Assembly: GCA_048887225.1 (NCBI GenBank)
Contig: JBHLJY010000004.1
Location: 64,001-128,000, forward strand
Reading direction: 5' to 3'
Origin: Candidatus Hodarchaeota archaeon
GTDB taxonomy: Archaea > Asgardarchaeota > Lokiarchaeia > Sigyniarchaeales > SOKP01
Length of the DNA: 64,000 bases
A program made the position numbers and the translations under genes. Position 1 is the first letter of the stretch. Each line of letters opens with the position of its first letter. The notes under the pieces are model-generated. The model saw only the letters and a list, made by a program, of their open reading frames with translations. It was not told where the DNA came from and did not search any database. Positions 30,060 through 41,761 of this stretch are shown here, piece by piece.

Positions 30060-30875
30060 TTATGATTTTGAAAATCCTCCATGATGAAATTCGATACTAA
30101 AATTTAGGTGGTTGTCCTCGCAATATTTCTTGATTTCTTCTTCTATCAAATCCCATCCTATACGATCTCTTCTTAACTCTTGATATGTAGATAAAAGTTT
30201 AGGGTAATTTTTTTTAATTATTTGGAAAATACGGGGAATATTATGAGGTCGAAAATTTAAATTTTCAAACATATAATAATCTGTAAAATTTATCGATTCT
30301 TGAATTATTTTGCGAAAATCTGTTATTTCTGGAAAAAACGGAGATAAGAAAACATAAGTCTTGATTTTATTATCATGTAGTTTTTTAATCACATTTAATC
30401 TTTCGATTGGTCTTGATGCCCCCCGTTCAATGACTTTTGAAAATTCCTCATCTAATGTACTAATTGAAATTCCAACTTCGATATTTTCAAATTTTTTAAA
30501 TAAATCAATATCTCTTGCTACAAATTTTGATTTAGTGAGAACTGTAACTCTTGCTTTAGTTCCAATAAGTTTTTCTAAGATTTTTCGAGTATTCTGATAC
30601 TTTAATTCTAAAGGAATATAGGGATCTGTTACTGAACTAAGTAAGATTGTCTTTTCATTATATTTCTCGGGCTTTATTTTGTTTAAATCAAAAATTTTAA
30701 TATCTAAAAATTGTCCCCACTTATCACCTTTATGATTTGTAAATCTAATCATGAATTCAGCATAACAATAAACACAACCATGCTGACACCCAATATAAGG
30801 ATTAATGACAAAATCTACTCCAGGTATATTGCTTTTAGTTATAATTCCTTTAGCTTCTCGAAAGTTGATTTTCAT
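30060..30875 (-). CDS. Radical SAM protein, SPL/Rv2578c-like DNA-repair family
   Basis: INPYIGCQHGCVYCYA, SVTDPY and LTKS motifs. Confidence 0.85.
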   Translation of the reverse strand: MKINFREAKGIITKSNIPGVDFVINPYIGCQHGCVYCYAEFMIRFTNHKGDKWGQFLDIKIFDLNKIKPEKYNEKTILLSSVTDPYIPLELKYQNTRKILEKLIGTKARVTVLTKSKFVARDIDLFKKFENIEVGISISTLDEEFSKVIERGASRPIERLNVIKKLHDNKIKTYVFLSPFFPEITDFRKIIQESINFTDYYMFENLNFRPHNIPRIFQIIKKNYPKLLSTYQELRRDRIGWDLIEEEIKKYCEDNHLNFSIEFHHGGFSKS

Positions 30876-30906
30876 ATAATAACTAGAGCATATAATTAAA
30901 AATAAA

Positions 30907-32451
30907 TCAGATGGCGTAAATTGAGAATTTTGTATCTAATTTTCTTCTTAGGATCCTAGGAAAATTGAAATTTTTAGAATAATAATTAAATATAAGAATA
31001 TCAATTCTTTTCTGTTCATTAATATAATTGTAATCTAAATCTCTTTTCTTTTCTTCAATTATTTTTTTGACAAGTTGCTCTACCAGCTCTTTAGTGTTAT
31101 TATCAGGTTCTATAAATGGTAGAGCATGAATACCTGTTATTTGAATACTGCTAGTATTATTTATGATTCCTTTAGCAAGGTAATTATATAAAGAGCTGTT
31201 TAATAGGCCTAACGCGTACTCTACTGAAATAGAATTGTTCTTAACAATAAATCCAATAGCTTTGTTCGAATCCCAATAACATCCACTTGGCATATAACGA
31301 GCTGCAAGTCTAGAGCTAACACCACTTATAACAATTCCTTCTTCTTCAAAGGGAACATTTTTAGGAATATCGTAAATTGGAAGTGAATTTTTATCCCATT
31401 CTAATGCTTCCATAATAGGTCTATAGTATTGATCTGCTCCACCTCTCTTCAAATATGGTTTCCATCTATCAGTTTCAAATTCATCCTTCGTTATGATTTT
31501 ATATTTCTTATTAGGATCTATTGTTTTCTCATTTCGCTTTTTAAAGATATTTGCTAATTTAGTCCCCTCAACGGCAGCAATATATTTTAAATTATTATGC
31601 GTATGCATACCGATATGCCCTTTAATGTGAGCTTCCAATCTTGACGAATTTTCAAATAAATTGATAATTTCTTCTTCTACATCGGTAAAAAACAAATTAT
31701 ATGGTAATAGATGATATTTCTTCTGTTTAAATTTATTTATAATTTTAGGTTTTTGATATTCATCTTCATTTTTAACTCTCGGGATGATTCTCATTATATT
31801 TTCTTTTCTCTGAATTCGATTCTCTTTACCAACACATTTCTCAAGGATTATTATAACAGGATTAGTACTCACATCTTGACTCTCAAAAAGATCTTTTGGT
31901 GCTAATAATATTTCGCTGATTTTACAATTTTCTAAAATGAATTTCCTAAATTTTGTGTGCGTATTGAGAGTTAGAAAGGAATCACTGATTATAAAACCTA
32001 ATTTTCCTCCATTTTTTAGCCGCCAAATGCTATTAATAATAAACATTGCGTAAGTTTCATGAGAATTTATTTTTCCGTATATTTTTCTTAATTTTTCTTT
32101 ATGATTACGGATATACACACTAGCTTTATTAAGATATGGAGGATTTCCAACAATAAAATCATATTCATTGTAAGAATCTGGATACATTGCTATTAATGTA
32201 TCTTGGGCTTTAAATGAAACATTTAATCTCTCAATATTTTTTTTATAATCTGGATTAATATCAAAAGAAGAAATTTGCTCTGATTTTATTCCAATTTCCA
32301 ATAATTTTTTAATAAAAATACCTGGACCTACACAAGGATCTAAAATTTTCTGGTTATATTCAATTGGACCTAATCTTGAAATAATATATTGGGCAGTTTT
32401 TGAAGGAGTTAAAACAGCTCCAAACTTTTTATTTCTAAACTTGATTACTAT
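30907..32451 (-). CDS. N6-adenine DNA methyltransferase (TaqI/Eco57I-like, gamma class) with C-terminal TRD; start extended to a putative ATA
   Basis: In-frame upstream of the called ORF lie FGAVLTP and LDPCVGPGIF (motifs X and I); VGNPPY motif IV; TaqI_C-like GLLNSSL. Confidence 0.82.
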   Translation of the reverse strand: MVIKFRNKKFGAVLTPSKTAQYIISRLGPIEYNQKILDPCVGPGIFIKKLLEIGIKSEQISSFDINPDYKKNIERLNVSFKAQDTLIAMYPDSYNEYDFIVGNPPYLNKASVYIRNHKEKLRKIYGKINSHETYAMFIINSIWRLKNGGKLGFIISDSFLTLNTHTKFRKFILENCKISEILLAPKDLFESQDVSTNPVIIILEKCVGKENRIQRKENIMRIIPRVKNEDEYQKPKIINKFKQKKYHLLPYNLFFTDVEEEIINLFENSSRLEAHIKGHIGMHTHNNLKYIAAVEGTKLANIFKKRNEKTIDPNKKYKIITKDEFETDRWKPYLKRGGADQYYRPIMEALEWDKNSLPIYDIPKNVPFEEEGIVISGVSSRLAARYMPSGCYWDSNKAIGFIVKNNSISVEYALGLLNSSLYNYLAKGIINNTSSIQITGIHALPFIEPDNNTKELVEQLVKKIIEEKKRDLDYNYINEQKRIDILIFNYYSKNFNFPRILRRKLDTKFSIYAI

Positions 32452-32587
32452 TCAACATAATTTATTCTTTAACTATAATTTATTATAATTTGCTAACCTT
32501 TTATTTTTAAATATGTCCTACTTAATATTTATGAGGTAGGACTTAATACCAAATAATTTCAATAAAAATTATTTAATTTAACTAGCA

Positions 32588-34138
32588 ATGACAAATCAAA
32601 ATAAAATCAGTATTGATGTAGGTTCTCCTAAAAAGCCTATTGATCCTATGATATATAGTAATTTTATCGAACATTTAGGGGAATGCATTCATAATGGTTT
32701 ATGGGCGTATGATCCTGTCAATGTCCCATTAGTTAAGGAAAATCCGTTCTTAATAGGGATGAGACAAGACATTTTACAAGCGTTAAAAGATTTGAAACCT
32801 TCGGTCTTGAGAGCGTTCGGAGGTTGTTATTCTGATGTTTATCATTGGAAGGACGCAATTGGTCCAAGAGATTCACGAAAATTTGTTAAAAATTTGTTTT
32901 GGGGTGTTCAAAAAGGAGCACCAGAAGAAATTGGACCTGATATCGAAAATCAATTTGGCACCGACGAGTTTTTAACGTTATGTGAAGAAATTGGTGCCAA
33001 AGCTTACCTTAACGTGAATTATGGTACAGGAACACCTGAAGAGGCAGCAGATTGGGTAGAATATTGTAATTGCTCTGTTGATACCGAATATGGTGCTTTA
33101 AGAGCGAGAAATGGAAGAAAAAAACCTTATAATGTCGAAATTTGGGGTATTGCGAACGAAATTTATGCTTTTTGGGAAGTGGGATACGAAAAATTTCCCG
33201 AGAATTACGCAAGGAAATATCTTAAATTCGCAAAGAAAATGAGAGAAAAAGACCCAACAATTAAATTGGTCGCTTGTGGATGGGAAAATTCGAAATGGAA
33301 TTGTACCCTTTTAAAAAATATAGGTGAAGAGTGGGTTGATTATTTAAGTGTTCATCGATACTTTCCTTATTATGCTGGTAAGAGAAAAGGAAATAGCCAT
33401 CCAGATAATCAAAAATGTTATCACGCATTAATGGCATCAAGTCCTTTAATTGAAAACTTTATAAACGATACATGGAACGATATTGTTGCTGCATTGGGGA
33501 AAGATACTCACGTACGTATTAATTTTGACGAATGGGGCGTATGGTATTTAGCGAAAGATGTAATAAGAACTAATTATAATTTACAAGATGGAATCTGGAC
33601 GGCAATAATTCTAATGACTTTTCAAAAAATGTCAGATAAATGCCCTATGGCTAATTGGGCTCAGTTAATTAATTGTATTGGGACAATCCAAACAGATCCA
33701 GATGGATTAATCTTGACTCCAGTTTATTTAGCGTTCAAACTCTTTGTTGATCATACTTATAATAATTTAATTGAAGATGTGAACGTTAAATGTGAAGTAT
33801 TCGATTCAATGAAATTTGGACGTATCCCGAAAGCAACTAATGTTTCGTATATTGATTGTAATGCCACTATTAACGATGAAGGAGATAAATTATCGATATT
33901 GATTATTAATAAATATTTAACAGAAAAATTAAACGCCCTTCTTGAAATAAATGGATTCGTCCCTAAAGAACAAGGAGTCCTTGTAGAACTTAAGAGTCAA
34001 TCTCCATTTGATTATAACACAATAGAAAATCGTAATAAAATTAAATTAGAACAAAAAAACATCGAAGGGATCAAACCTAAAATGATGCTTGAACTACCAG
34101 CACATTCAGTTACGGTTCTAAAATTAAATAAAAAATAA
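32588..34138 (+). CDS. Alpha-L-arabinofuranosidase (GH51)
   Basis: [29 protein letters not shown] acid/base, FDEW and AQLIN motifs. Confidence 0.92.
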   Translation: MTNQNKISIDVGSPKKPIDPMIYSNFIEHLGECIHNGLWAYDPVNVPLVKENPFLIGMRQDILQALKDLKPSVLRAFGGCYSDVYHWKDAIGPRDSRKFVKNLFWGVQKGAPEEIGPDIENQFGTDEFLTLCEEIGAKAYLNVNYGTGTPEEAADWVEYCNCSVDTEYGALRARNGRKKPYNVEIWGIANEIYAFWEVGYEKFPENYARKYLKFAKKMREKDPTIKLVACGWENSKWNCTLLKNIGEEWVDYLSVHRYFPYYAGKRKGNSHPDNQKCYHALMASSPLIENFINDTWNDIVAALGKDTHVRINFDEWGVWYLAKDVIRTNYNLQDGIWTAIILMTFQKMSDKCPMANWAQLINCIGTIQTDPDGLILTPVYLAFKLFVDHTYNNLIEDVNVKCEVFDSMKFGRIPKATNVSYIDCNATINDEGDKLSILIINKYLTEKLNALLEINGFVPKEQGVLVELKSQSPFDYNTIENRNKIKLEQKNIEGIKPKMMLELPAHSVTVLKLNKK

Positions 34139-35794
34139 AGCTCCATCTTTCGCCGAAGAAACGTGAGTTCTGTAAAAATTTAAATATCCTCTTTTTATTT
34201 TAGGTTCTGGTTTTTTCCATTTTTTTAATCTATTGTTTATTTCTTCATCAGAAATCAATAAATTTAATTCACGCTTTTTAATATTAATTTCTATGAAATC
34301 TCCATCTTGAACTATTGCTATAGGTCCACCTTCTATTGCTTCCGGACATACATGTCCAATACAGGGTCCTCTAGTTGATCCCGAATATCTACCATCTGTA
34401 ATCATCGCAATGGAATCGCCTAATCCCATACCAATTAAGATTGCTGCCGGAATGGATAATTCCCTCATCCCAGGTGAACCTTTAGGTCCCTCATAACGTA
34501 TAACTAATACATCGCCTTCCTTTATCTTGTTAGACATCAAAGCATCATTTAAGTCCTCCTCGCATTCGAAAACTTTAGCCGGACCTTTATGATGGAGCAT
34601 TTTAAGATTCACTGCACTTTGCTTAATAATTGCTCCTTCTGGGGCTAAATTTCCTTTTAAAACAGCAATTCCTCCTTCTTTTTCTAATGGATTGTCAGGA
34701 TTTCGAATGATTTCACTTTCTTTTATTTCAATATCTTCAATGTAATCACTTAATCTCATTCCTAAAACATTAATTGTAGATAAATCTAAAAAATTTGATA
34801 ATTTTTTCATTAAGGCACCAACGCCTCCTGCCTTATGAAAGTCGGTGAGGTTGAAATTTGAAGCTGGTTTAAATTTAGCGAGTAATGGAACAGATTTACT
34901 TAAGCGCTCAAAATCAAAGTGGTTTAATTCCTCACCAATTTCATGTGATAATGCGCACATATGAAGTATCATGTTAGTTGATCCCCCAAATGATAACGCA
35001 ACCTTACAAGCATTCTCGATAGATGTATGAGTTATTAGATCTAATGCTTTGGTTCCTTTATCGACTAACTCGACTATAATATTTCCTGTTTTTTTGCTTA
35101 TCAGCTCTCGTTCTCTTCCAATTGCGCTTAATGTAGCACATCCCGGTAAAGAAAGGCCCATTGCTTCAACGATACATGCCATAGTATTAGCAGTTCCCAT
35201 CATATTGCAAGCTCCTGGAGAAAAACAAGTTTCGGACTCAATAATTTGGAACTCTTCTTTAGTAATTTTTCCAGCTTTATACAGACCTATTGCTTCTTTA
35301 ACATCACATGTTACAAAAGTTTTTCCTTTTAGAGGTCCATCTTTAAAAATCTTAGGCTCCATAATACCCCCGGTCATGAAAATAGTAGGAATGTTACACC
35401 TCGTTGCTGCTAATAACATCCCTGGTATTATCTTATCACAGGAACAGAGCATAACCATTCCATCAAAGCTATAAGCTTTAATTGTGCATTCAATTGAAGC
35501 TGCTATAATTTCCCGCGACGGTAAAACGTATTTGGAGAAATTTCCAGAATTAGCGATTCCATCGCAAATCGCAATGGTGTTAAACTCCATCGGAGTCCCT
35601 CCTGCTTCTTTCACTCCACTTTTAACAAATTTACTCAATTTTCGTAGATGAGAATGGCCAGGATTAATCTCATTCCAAGAATTAACAATTGCTATTCGAG
35701 GCTTTTTTAAATCTTCATATGAATATCCACAACCCCGATACAACGCTATTTCATACGCCTTTCTATAATCTAAATCATTATTTTCTGATGTCAT
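34124..35794 (-). CDS. ilvD: Dihydroxy-acid dehydratase (IlvD/Edd family)
   Basis: [39 protein letters not shown] and TDGRYSG motifs. Confidence 0.9.
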   Translation of the reverse strand: MTSENNDLDYRKAYEIALYRGCGYSYEDLKKPRIAIVNSWNEINPGHSHLRKLSKFVKSGVKEAGGTPMEFNTIAICDGIANSGNFSKYVLPSREIIAASIECTIKAYSFDGMVMLCSCDKIIPGMLLAATRCNIPTIFMTGGIMEPKIFKDGPLKGKTFVTCDVKEAIGLYKAGKITKEEFQIIESETCFSPGACNMMGTANTMACIVEAMGLSLPGCATLSAIGRERELISKKTGNIIVELVDKGTKALDLITHTSIENACKVALSFGGSTNMILHMCALSHEIGEELNHFDFERLSKSVPLLAKFKPASNFNLTDFHKAGGVGALMKKLSNFLDLSTINVLGMRLSDYIEDIEIKESEIIRNPDNPLEKEGGIAVLKGNLAPEGAIIKQSAVNLKMLHHKGPAKVFECEEDLNDALMSNKIKEGDVLVIRYEGPKGSPGMRELSIPAAILIGMGLGDSIAMITDGRYSGSTRGPCIGHVCPEAIEGGPIAIVQDGDFIEINIKKRELNLLISDEEINNRLKKWKKPEPKIKRGYLNFYRTHVSSAKDGALFFI

Positions 35795-35903
35795 TGTTAA
35801 AGATATTTATTTTCCAGTAATTTTACTATATTCTAATTTACATACAAAATATTTAAATTTGATAAATATAAACTTAATTAACAATCAAGCTTTCTTTATT
35901 TCT

Positions 35904-37019
35904 ATGTTAAAAGTTGGAATAATCGGGACTGGAAGGATTTTCGACTTAAATGTGCTTGGTTATTTGAATAACAATGATGTAGAAATAATTTGTTTATGTA
36001 ATCGAACCGTCGAAAAAGCCTTAAAAAAAATCAAACAATTTAACCTAAATAAATCTACTCCAGTTTATTCCAACTATAAGAAAATGTTAAATCAAGAAGA
36101 ATTAGACATTGTAGAAATTCTTTTACCTCATAATCTTCACGCTGAAGCAACAATCTTTGCTGCTAATGAAGGGATAAAAGGAATCTCTGTTCAAAAACCT
36201 ATGGCACTTTCGTTAGAGGAAGCTAATCAAATGATTGAGGCATGCAACGAATCGGGGGCAATCCTTTCAATTTACGAGAATTTTCTATTCTTACCTCATA
36301 TTCTAAAAGCAAAGGAACTTATTGACCAAGATTATATTGGAGATTTGTCATATATAAGAATTAAAGTAGCTATGGGTGCCACTGGTGGTTGGAATATTCC
36401 AGAAAGTGCGGATTTATGGAGAAAAGATCCAAAAAAAATAGGTGGTCATCCGAATCGAGGTTCTCCCATATTACTGGATAATGGGTGGCACGCTTTTACC
36501 TTAGGTTGGTGGTTTTTCGGAGAAGAAATTGAAAAAGTGTTTGCATGGGCAGATAACTACCAAGGCATTGATGCTCCAGCTTATGTAATGTGGAAATGTA
36601 AAGAAAATAAAGAACAAGAGCACGTTGTTCCTCAATATGGCAATATGGAATTTTCATTGATGCCAGAAATGGTGATTCCCTCGAATTATTATAATACTGA
36701 TGAGTTTATTGAAATTATTGGAAGTCGTGGTATAATGAAAATTAATCAAGGAACGGCAATGGGCAATATAATGTCAGATTCAGAAATTTTTGCTCCAATT
36801 GTAATTGTCAGGGACGGTGAAGTAGAAACTTACTCTGATTTTGAGAAAGATTGGAAGTATAGTTTTATTAATGCTACTAAACATTTTATTGAAGTTGTTA
36901 AAGGCAATAAAAAACCAATTTTATCTGGTAAACAAGCAAGATATATTTTAAAATTAAATTTAGCTGCAATTCAATCAGTAGAATTAGGCAAAGACGTATA
37001 TCTTGTTGATATGAATTAG
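35904..37019 (+). CDS. Gfo/Idh/MocA family oxidoreductase
   Basis: MLKVGIIGTGRI, QKPMA and LDNGWH motifs; start moved to ATG 35904. Confidence 0.88.
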   Translation: MLKVGIIGTGRIFDLNVLGYLNNNDVEIICLCNRTVEKALKKIKQFNLNKSTPVYSNYKKMLNQEELDIVEILLPHNLHAEATIFAANEGIKGISVQKPMALSLEEANQMIEACNESGAILSIYENFLFLPHILKAKELIDQDYIGDLSYIRIKVAMGATGGWNIPESADLWRKDPKKIGGHPNRGSPILLDNGWHAFTLGWWFFGEEIEKVFAWADNYQGIDAPAYVMWKCKENKEQEHVVPQYGNMEFSLMPEMVIPSNYYNTDEFIEIIGSRGIMKINQGTAMGNIMSDSEIFAPIVIVRDGEVETYSDFEKDWKYSFINATKHFIEVVKGNKKPILSGKQARYILKLNLAAIQSVELGKDVYLVDMN

Positions 37020-37040
37020 TTTTTAATTTTTGTTTTAAAT

Positions 37041-37562
37041 CTACTTTTCATATAAATATTTTGAAAAATACAAAAAATCAACGAATTCTTCTTCTTTTTT
37101 CATTAGACCATTAAACAGGCATCCAAATTCGTTAAAGTCATATTTTTTCAACAAATTAATACTAGCTATGTTATCTGCAGCAACTTCAGCAACCATTATT
37201 TTAATTGTACTCTTCTCTTTTGCTTCAATAATTAAGTTCTCCATAAGCCTGGATGCTACTCCTTTTTTTCTAAAGTTAGAGTGAACTATATATCCAATAT
37301 TAACGATATGGCTCAAACGGCCTTCAGAACGTGGGATAGAAGATATGTGTCCAATTAATTTTTGCTTATATAAAGCAATTAAATATATTGTATTGGGGTG
37401 CTCAAAGTATGTATCAATAAATTGCCTGCTCTCTTCGTTTGAAATCTCGTTTTTTTGAGCCAAAAAATGGGATTCTCTGATAACTGAATTTAGGAGATCT
37501 AAATTTTCATCGTAGTATTTTGTAGTTAATGGCTGAATTTCTAAATCTTCTATATTAAACAT
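37041..37562 (-). CDS. GNAT family N-acetyltransferase
   Basis: VHSNFRKKGVAS motif A; NIASINLLKKYDF. Confidence 0.85.
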   Translation of the reverse strand: MFNIEDLEIQPLTTKYYDENLDLLNSVIRESHFLAQKNEISNEESRQFIDTYFEHPNTIYLIALYKQKLIGHISSIPRSEGRLSHIVNIGYIVHSNFRKKGVASRLMENLIIEAKEKSTIKIMVAEVAADNIASINLLKKYDFNEFGCLFNGLMKKEEEFVDFLYFSKYLYEK

Positions 37563-37568
37563 GTAAAA

Positions 37569-38825
37569 TTATTGCTCAAATTTATAAATAAATTTCTTAT
37601 GCTTTAAACCTTTTTTTATCCCTTTTCTTAAATCTTTCATTTTTCTTAGATAAAAATTAGTTAATCCACTCTGATCTGCTTTAATTGGTTCCTCAACTAC
37701 ACATGACCGATTTTCTTCATTCTCTGGGGTAATTTCTTCCCATAATACGGATCTATTTTGTTGTTGCGAAATATAAGGCATTTTGGCAAAAATACATAAA
37801 TTTTTTCCTTGTTCCCCATTATAAATAGGTTCACCCCCATGTTTCGTCACTTTAATAAAATGTTCTGTAGAATTTATGAAAGAGTATCTCCAATCTCTAG
37901 GTAAATCTTCTCCATAAGTTTTTACTTCTCCATTGACATAGACGACAATAGGTGGAAACTGAGGGCTTTTTGAAAGGAAATTACCACCAGCAGTACATTG
38001 ATTTATCCACATCATTCCCTTTGTTCCAGATATCTCAATAAATTCGTCGCATTCGTAATAATTGCTTGGATAATATAAGTTTGCTGAGAAATTGAATTGC
38101 ATTGAGCCATATTTAGGTGGATCTTCGGGATTTTTACTTGGATATTTCCAAAAAATAGTATTAGGTGCTTCCATAACAGCTGTAAAATAATCAATCCAAC
38201 TATACACTTTTTCTACTCTTTCCTCCCCCATTAACCAAAGTGCCATAGAAAATTTATGAATGCCGTCATCGTAAATCAATGGACCACCCCCGCACATATC
38301 TACTTTAATCCGCCATGTGAGAGATTTGAGGTCTCTTGGCATACCGGGACCTCCCGTTAAAACAGTAATAATTCGAAAATTTAAAAGATCGCCAATTATC
38401 TTTTGATCTAGTAAATCTTTTGCTCTCAGATAAATTGGATAAAACCTGAAATTCTCATATAATTTTAATTTCGCATTTTGTTCTTCGCAAACCTCAATCA
38501 TTTTTACGCAATCCGTAATCGTGTGTGCCATTGGTTTTTGAACTGATATACCGGGGACACCAGCATTAGCACAGTATTTTGTCATAGGGTAGTGAAGGTG
38601 ATGAGGAGTTAAAATTTCGATTATATCTAAGTCTTCTCTATCAACCATTTTTTTGTAATCTGTGTAGGATTTTGTGGTTCTCAATCCCCAGCGCTCTAAT
38701 TTTTCGGCAATTTTTTGCTGATTAACGTCGCACACAGCAACTAGCTCCGTATCTGGAGAATGCAAATAACCAAGCACATTCAAGTTTGCTATATCCCCAG
38801 TTCCAATAATTCCAACTCTAAGCAT
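37569..38825 (-). CDS. Gfo/Idh/MocA family oxidoreductase (paralog of 35904-37019)
   Basis: MLRVGIIGTG, QKPMA and DDGIH motifs; shares LNVLGYL, PSNYY..DEFIEI.G and DWxYSFIN with its paralog. Confidence 0.88.
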   Translation of the reverse strand: MLRVGIIGTGDIANLNVLGYLHSPDTELVAVCDVNQQKIAEKLERWGLRTTKSYTDYKKMVDREDLDIIEILTPHHLHYPMTKYCANAGVPGISVQKPMAHTITDCVKMIEVCEEQNAKLKLYENFRFYPIYLRAKDLLDQKIIGDLLNFRIITVLTGGPGMPRDLKSLTWRIKVDMCGGGPLIYDDGIHKFSMALWLMGEERVEKVYSWIDYFTAVMEAPNTIFWKYPSKNPEDPPKYGSMQFNFSANLYYPSNYYECDEFIEISGTKGMMWINQCTAGGNFLSKSPQFPPIVVYVNGEVKTYGEDLPRDWRYSFINSTEHFIKVTKHGGEPIYNGEQGKNLCIFAKMPYISQQQNRSVLWEEITPENEENRSCVVEEPIKADQSGLTNFYLRKMKDLRKGIKKGLKHKKFIYKFEQ

Positions 38826-38891
38826 AATTCAATTTAAAATAAATAGTTAATACTATTAATTATATTTCTTTTTTAACATATGCTCCAATTT

Positions 38892-39977
38892 TTAATTCGG
38901 CACATTTATTGGATAAGTGCCATAATCCCTCCTAATATTCTGCATTGCTTCAAATCGGTCCACTGTAACGGCAGGATTAATACTGTGTCCCGAACTAAAA
39001 ATGTACCCTCCTCCTGGTGCTAACTCACGAATTAACCTTTTTGCATAAGTTTCAATTTCTGAAATCTCTCCCAATGCTAACATGACGGGGCTTAGATTCC
39101 CGGCAAACGTTAATTTATCACCATATTTTTGGTATAATTTGAAAATATCATATTCGGGATTTGCAGTTGTGGGTTCAATAGGATTCAATACATCGACACC
39201 GCATTTTATAATATCCTCGAAAATTTCTAATAAATCCCCATCAGAATGCAGCATAATTTTACAATCTTGCTTATGAGCAGCATCACATATTCGTTTTATC
39301 CACGGAAATATATATTTTCTATAATTTCTTGGAGCCATAAAGAGCCCATTCTTAAAACCATAATCATCCCATAAAAGGACCATTTTTGCGTCGTTTTCAG
39401 CCAGAATTTTTACCATCTCTAGCGTAAATTTGCCTCGATCATCAAATACTTTTTTCACTTGTTTAGGTCGAGCTAATAATCTTGAAAAATTTTCTAAACC
39501 GAATCCCTCCCACGTACATTCCATTAAGGATCCAGTTGCAGGAATTGAGAATACTTCATTTTTCATTTCTTTTTGGACTTTCTTTCCTATTAAAAAGTTA
39601 TCCATGCGTGCTTTTAAATTGGGATCTGGCCGCTTGAAACTCTCGTAATCTTCAAATGTTTTAAACGATCCCCCATGATATGCCATTATTTGCGTTCCGT
39701 CTTTATATGGTTCCATTTTCATTATCCGCCCATACTCGTCTATAAATCCTTTTCCCCCTTTAAGAAATGTTCTAGGATATAAACTAACAAAACTTAGAAC
39801 CAAATCTATTCCAACTCTACGAGAAAATTCGTAATAACCTTTATAAACTCCGGCACGGCGGGGATCACATCCATAATGCTCAATAATTGTATTATTTACA
39901 AAAGCGCTCTCGAAGGCTGGAACTTTATCGGGTTCTTCATGATTTACTGATGTCAATACTCTTTCTTGGGCATCCAT
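38892..39977 (-). CDS. Uroporphyrinogen decarboxylase / MtaA-like methyltransferase family protein
   Basis: ERVL...HEEPDKVP, DDYG, LHSDG and GGGYIFSSGHSI motifs. Confidence 0.85.
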   Translation of the reverse strand: MDAQERVLTSVNHEEPDKVPAFESAFVNNTIIEHYGCDPRRAGVYKGYYEFSRRVGIDLVLSFVSLYPRTFLKGGKGFIDEYGRIMKMEPYKDGTQIMAYHGGSFKTFEDYESFKRPDPNLKARMDNFLIGKKVQKEMKNEVFSIPATGSLMECTWEGFGLENFSRLLARPKQVKKVFDDRGKFTLEMVKILAENDAKMVLLWDDYGFKNGLFMAPRNYRKYIFPWIKRICDAAHKQDCKIMLHSDGDLLEIFEDIIKCGVDVLNPIEPTTANPEYDIFKLYQKYGDKLTFAGNLSPVMLALGEISEIETYAKRLIRELAPGGGYIFSSGHSINPAVTVDRFEAMQNIRRDYGTYPINVPN

Positions 39978-40014
39978 TTATAATCTTATCGTTAATCTCT
40001 TAAGAATTCATTTA

Positions 40015-41466
40015 TTAATCAGTACCTTTATCTTGTCCGTACCAATGCTTCATTTGACTAATGAGTTTTTCAATCTCCTCTGATGATCTATCTTCTAAAA
40101 GAAGATCCCCTCTTGCATCTTTTTTAATTTTTTCAAATAATTCTGTAGTAATATCAGAGTTATCATCAGCGATATTTTCATTCCACTCGGGATCTTTCGA
40201 TAAATCGAATAGTTTTCTATGTGATTTATCATTATAAGTGATCAGAGCGTAGCGATCGTCTTTATACAAAGTACAAGTACCAAATCCACATGTAATATAA
40301 TCGCGATTCTCTATTAATTGATCCCCATCATCAAGCAATATTGAAAGATCTATGCCATCGAACACTTCTGGCTTCTTTTTTTTCAAAAATCCGAATATAG
40401 TCGGCAAAATGTCATGGTCATAGACATACGATTCTTTAATTCTTTTTGGACCATTTAGATTACCCGGTGGCTTAATCATAAAAGGAATATCTACAAGTTC
40501 TGGATACATATACATTGGAATTTTACCAGTAGCATTATGCTCTCCAATACTATGTCCGTGATCGCTTATTAAAATAATTAAAGAATCATCGTATTCCCCT
40601 ATATTTTTTAATTCTTTAATAAAATAACCAAACCAATTATCGCACATTGAAACTTCTCCAGCATAAGAGGCTCTCATATATTTTAATTCTCCTTCGGTAA
40701 GATACTCTATTGTTTCACTATAAGCGGGTTGAACAACCTTTTTTCCAGTATAATTCTTATCGACGTATAAATCGAGATATTTCTGAGGGGGGTCCCAGAC
40801 CTCGTGAGGATCGAATTCATCAATAACCGCCATTGTATTTTTAATCCTTTTAGTATCTTTAACAAATTCAATTGCTTTTTTAAAAGTTTGCGCAGGAAAA
40901 TAATCCTCCTCAGTCTCTCTATCTTGCATATTACTAAAATAGGTTTTTAACATATAAGTTTGATAAGCTTTTGCTAAAGGATTTTTACTGGCTACATATT
41001 CTTTAATGATCTTATTAAGTTTCGCTCCTCCTTCTCTATATCCTACTCTTAATTTATCCTTTTCATGGCCTCTAATTAAATTCCATTGGTCAAATCCAAG
41101 ATGGAAATTCATTCCCGGTTTGAACTGATGGTAAGTACTAGTTATAAAAGAAGTAATGAACGTGAAATTTCTCATATATTCTGCCAGATGAGTCTGATGT
41201 GGAGGTATTGGGTGCCATCCAGGGATTTTTACTATGTCATCAGATCTAAGTTTTGGCCTTTTATGATTAAAAGGAAAAGTACGAATTCCTGTATGTACGG
41301 CCCGACGCTGTGGAATAGTAGGCAAGGATTCACTATAAGCTTTATCAAAGACGATAGAATCTTTTGCAAATTCGTCAAAATTTGGAGTTTTTATCCAAGA
41401 ATTACCATAGATTTTGCCTGTATGGTCTTTTCTCAAGGTATCAAAAATTATTAGGAAAATCTTCAT
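40015..41466 (-). CDS. Sulfatase-like alkaline-phosphatase-superfamily hydrolase (Thr at the nucleophile position)
   Basis: DTLRKD, TPNFD, SLPTIPQRRAVHTG, DPHE and SDHG motifs. Confidence 0.85.
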   Translation of the reverse strand: MKIFLIIFDTLRKDHTGKIYGNSWIKTPNFDEFAKDSIVFDKAYSESLPTIPQRRAVHTGIRTFPFNHKRPKLRSDDIVKIPGWHPIPPHQTHLAEYMRNFTFITSFITSTYHQFKPGMNFHLGFDQWNLIRGHEKDKLRVGYREGGAKLNKIIKEYVASKNPLAKAYQTYMLKTYFSNMQDRETEEDYFPAQTFKKAIEFVKDTKRIKNTMAVIDEFDPHEVWDPPQKYLDLYVDKNYTGKKVVQPAYSETIEYLTEGELKYMRASYAGEVSMCDNWFGYFIKELKNIGEYDDSLIILISDHGHSIGEHNATGKIPMYMYPELVDIPFMIKPPGNLNGPKRIKESYVYDHDILPTIFGFLKKKKPEVFDGIDLSILLDDGDQLIENRDYITCGFGTCTLYKDDRYALITYNDKSHRKLFDLSKDPEWNENIADDNSDITTELFEKIKKDARGDLLLEDRSSEEIEKLISQMKHWYGQDKGTD

Positions 41467-41761
41467 AATTAGTTATATTTCCGTTCTTTTTTTGTTGATT
41501 TAAATTCACAAATAGATAATCAAATAAATTAGTAAAAAAATATTAAATCTTTGTTAATACAAAACTGTAAGTATCCGTTTATATGTTATGAATATTAATA
41601 AGCTTTACAAATCCCATATCGATAAAGAAATTAATTTTTCTTAATAAAACTTGGAATGGTTTTTATACCTTTTAATACTATTCTTGATCGGATTTTCTTT
41701 ATTTATTAAAAATTTTTCAAAAAATTAATAAAAAATTTATTAAAAATATTTGGTTTAAAAA

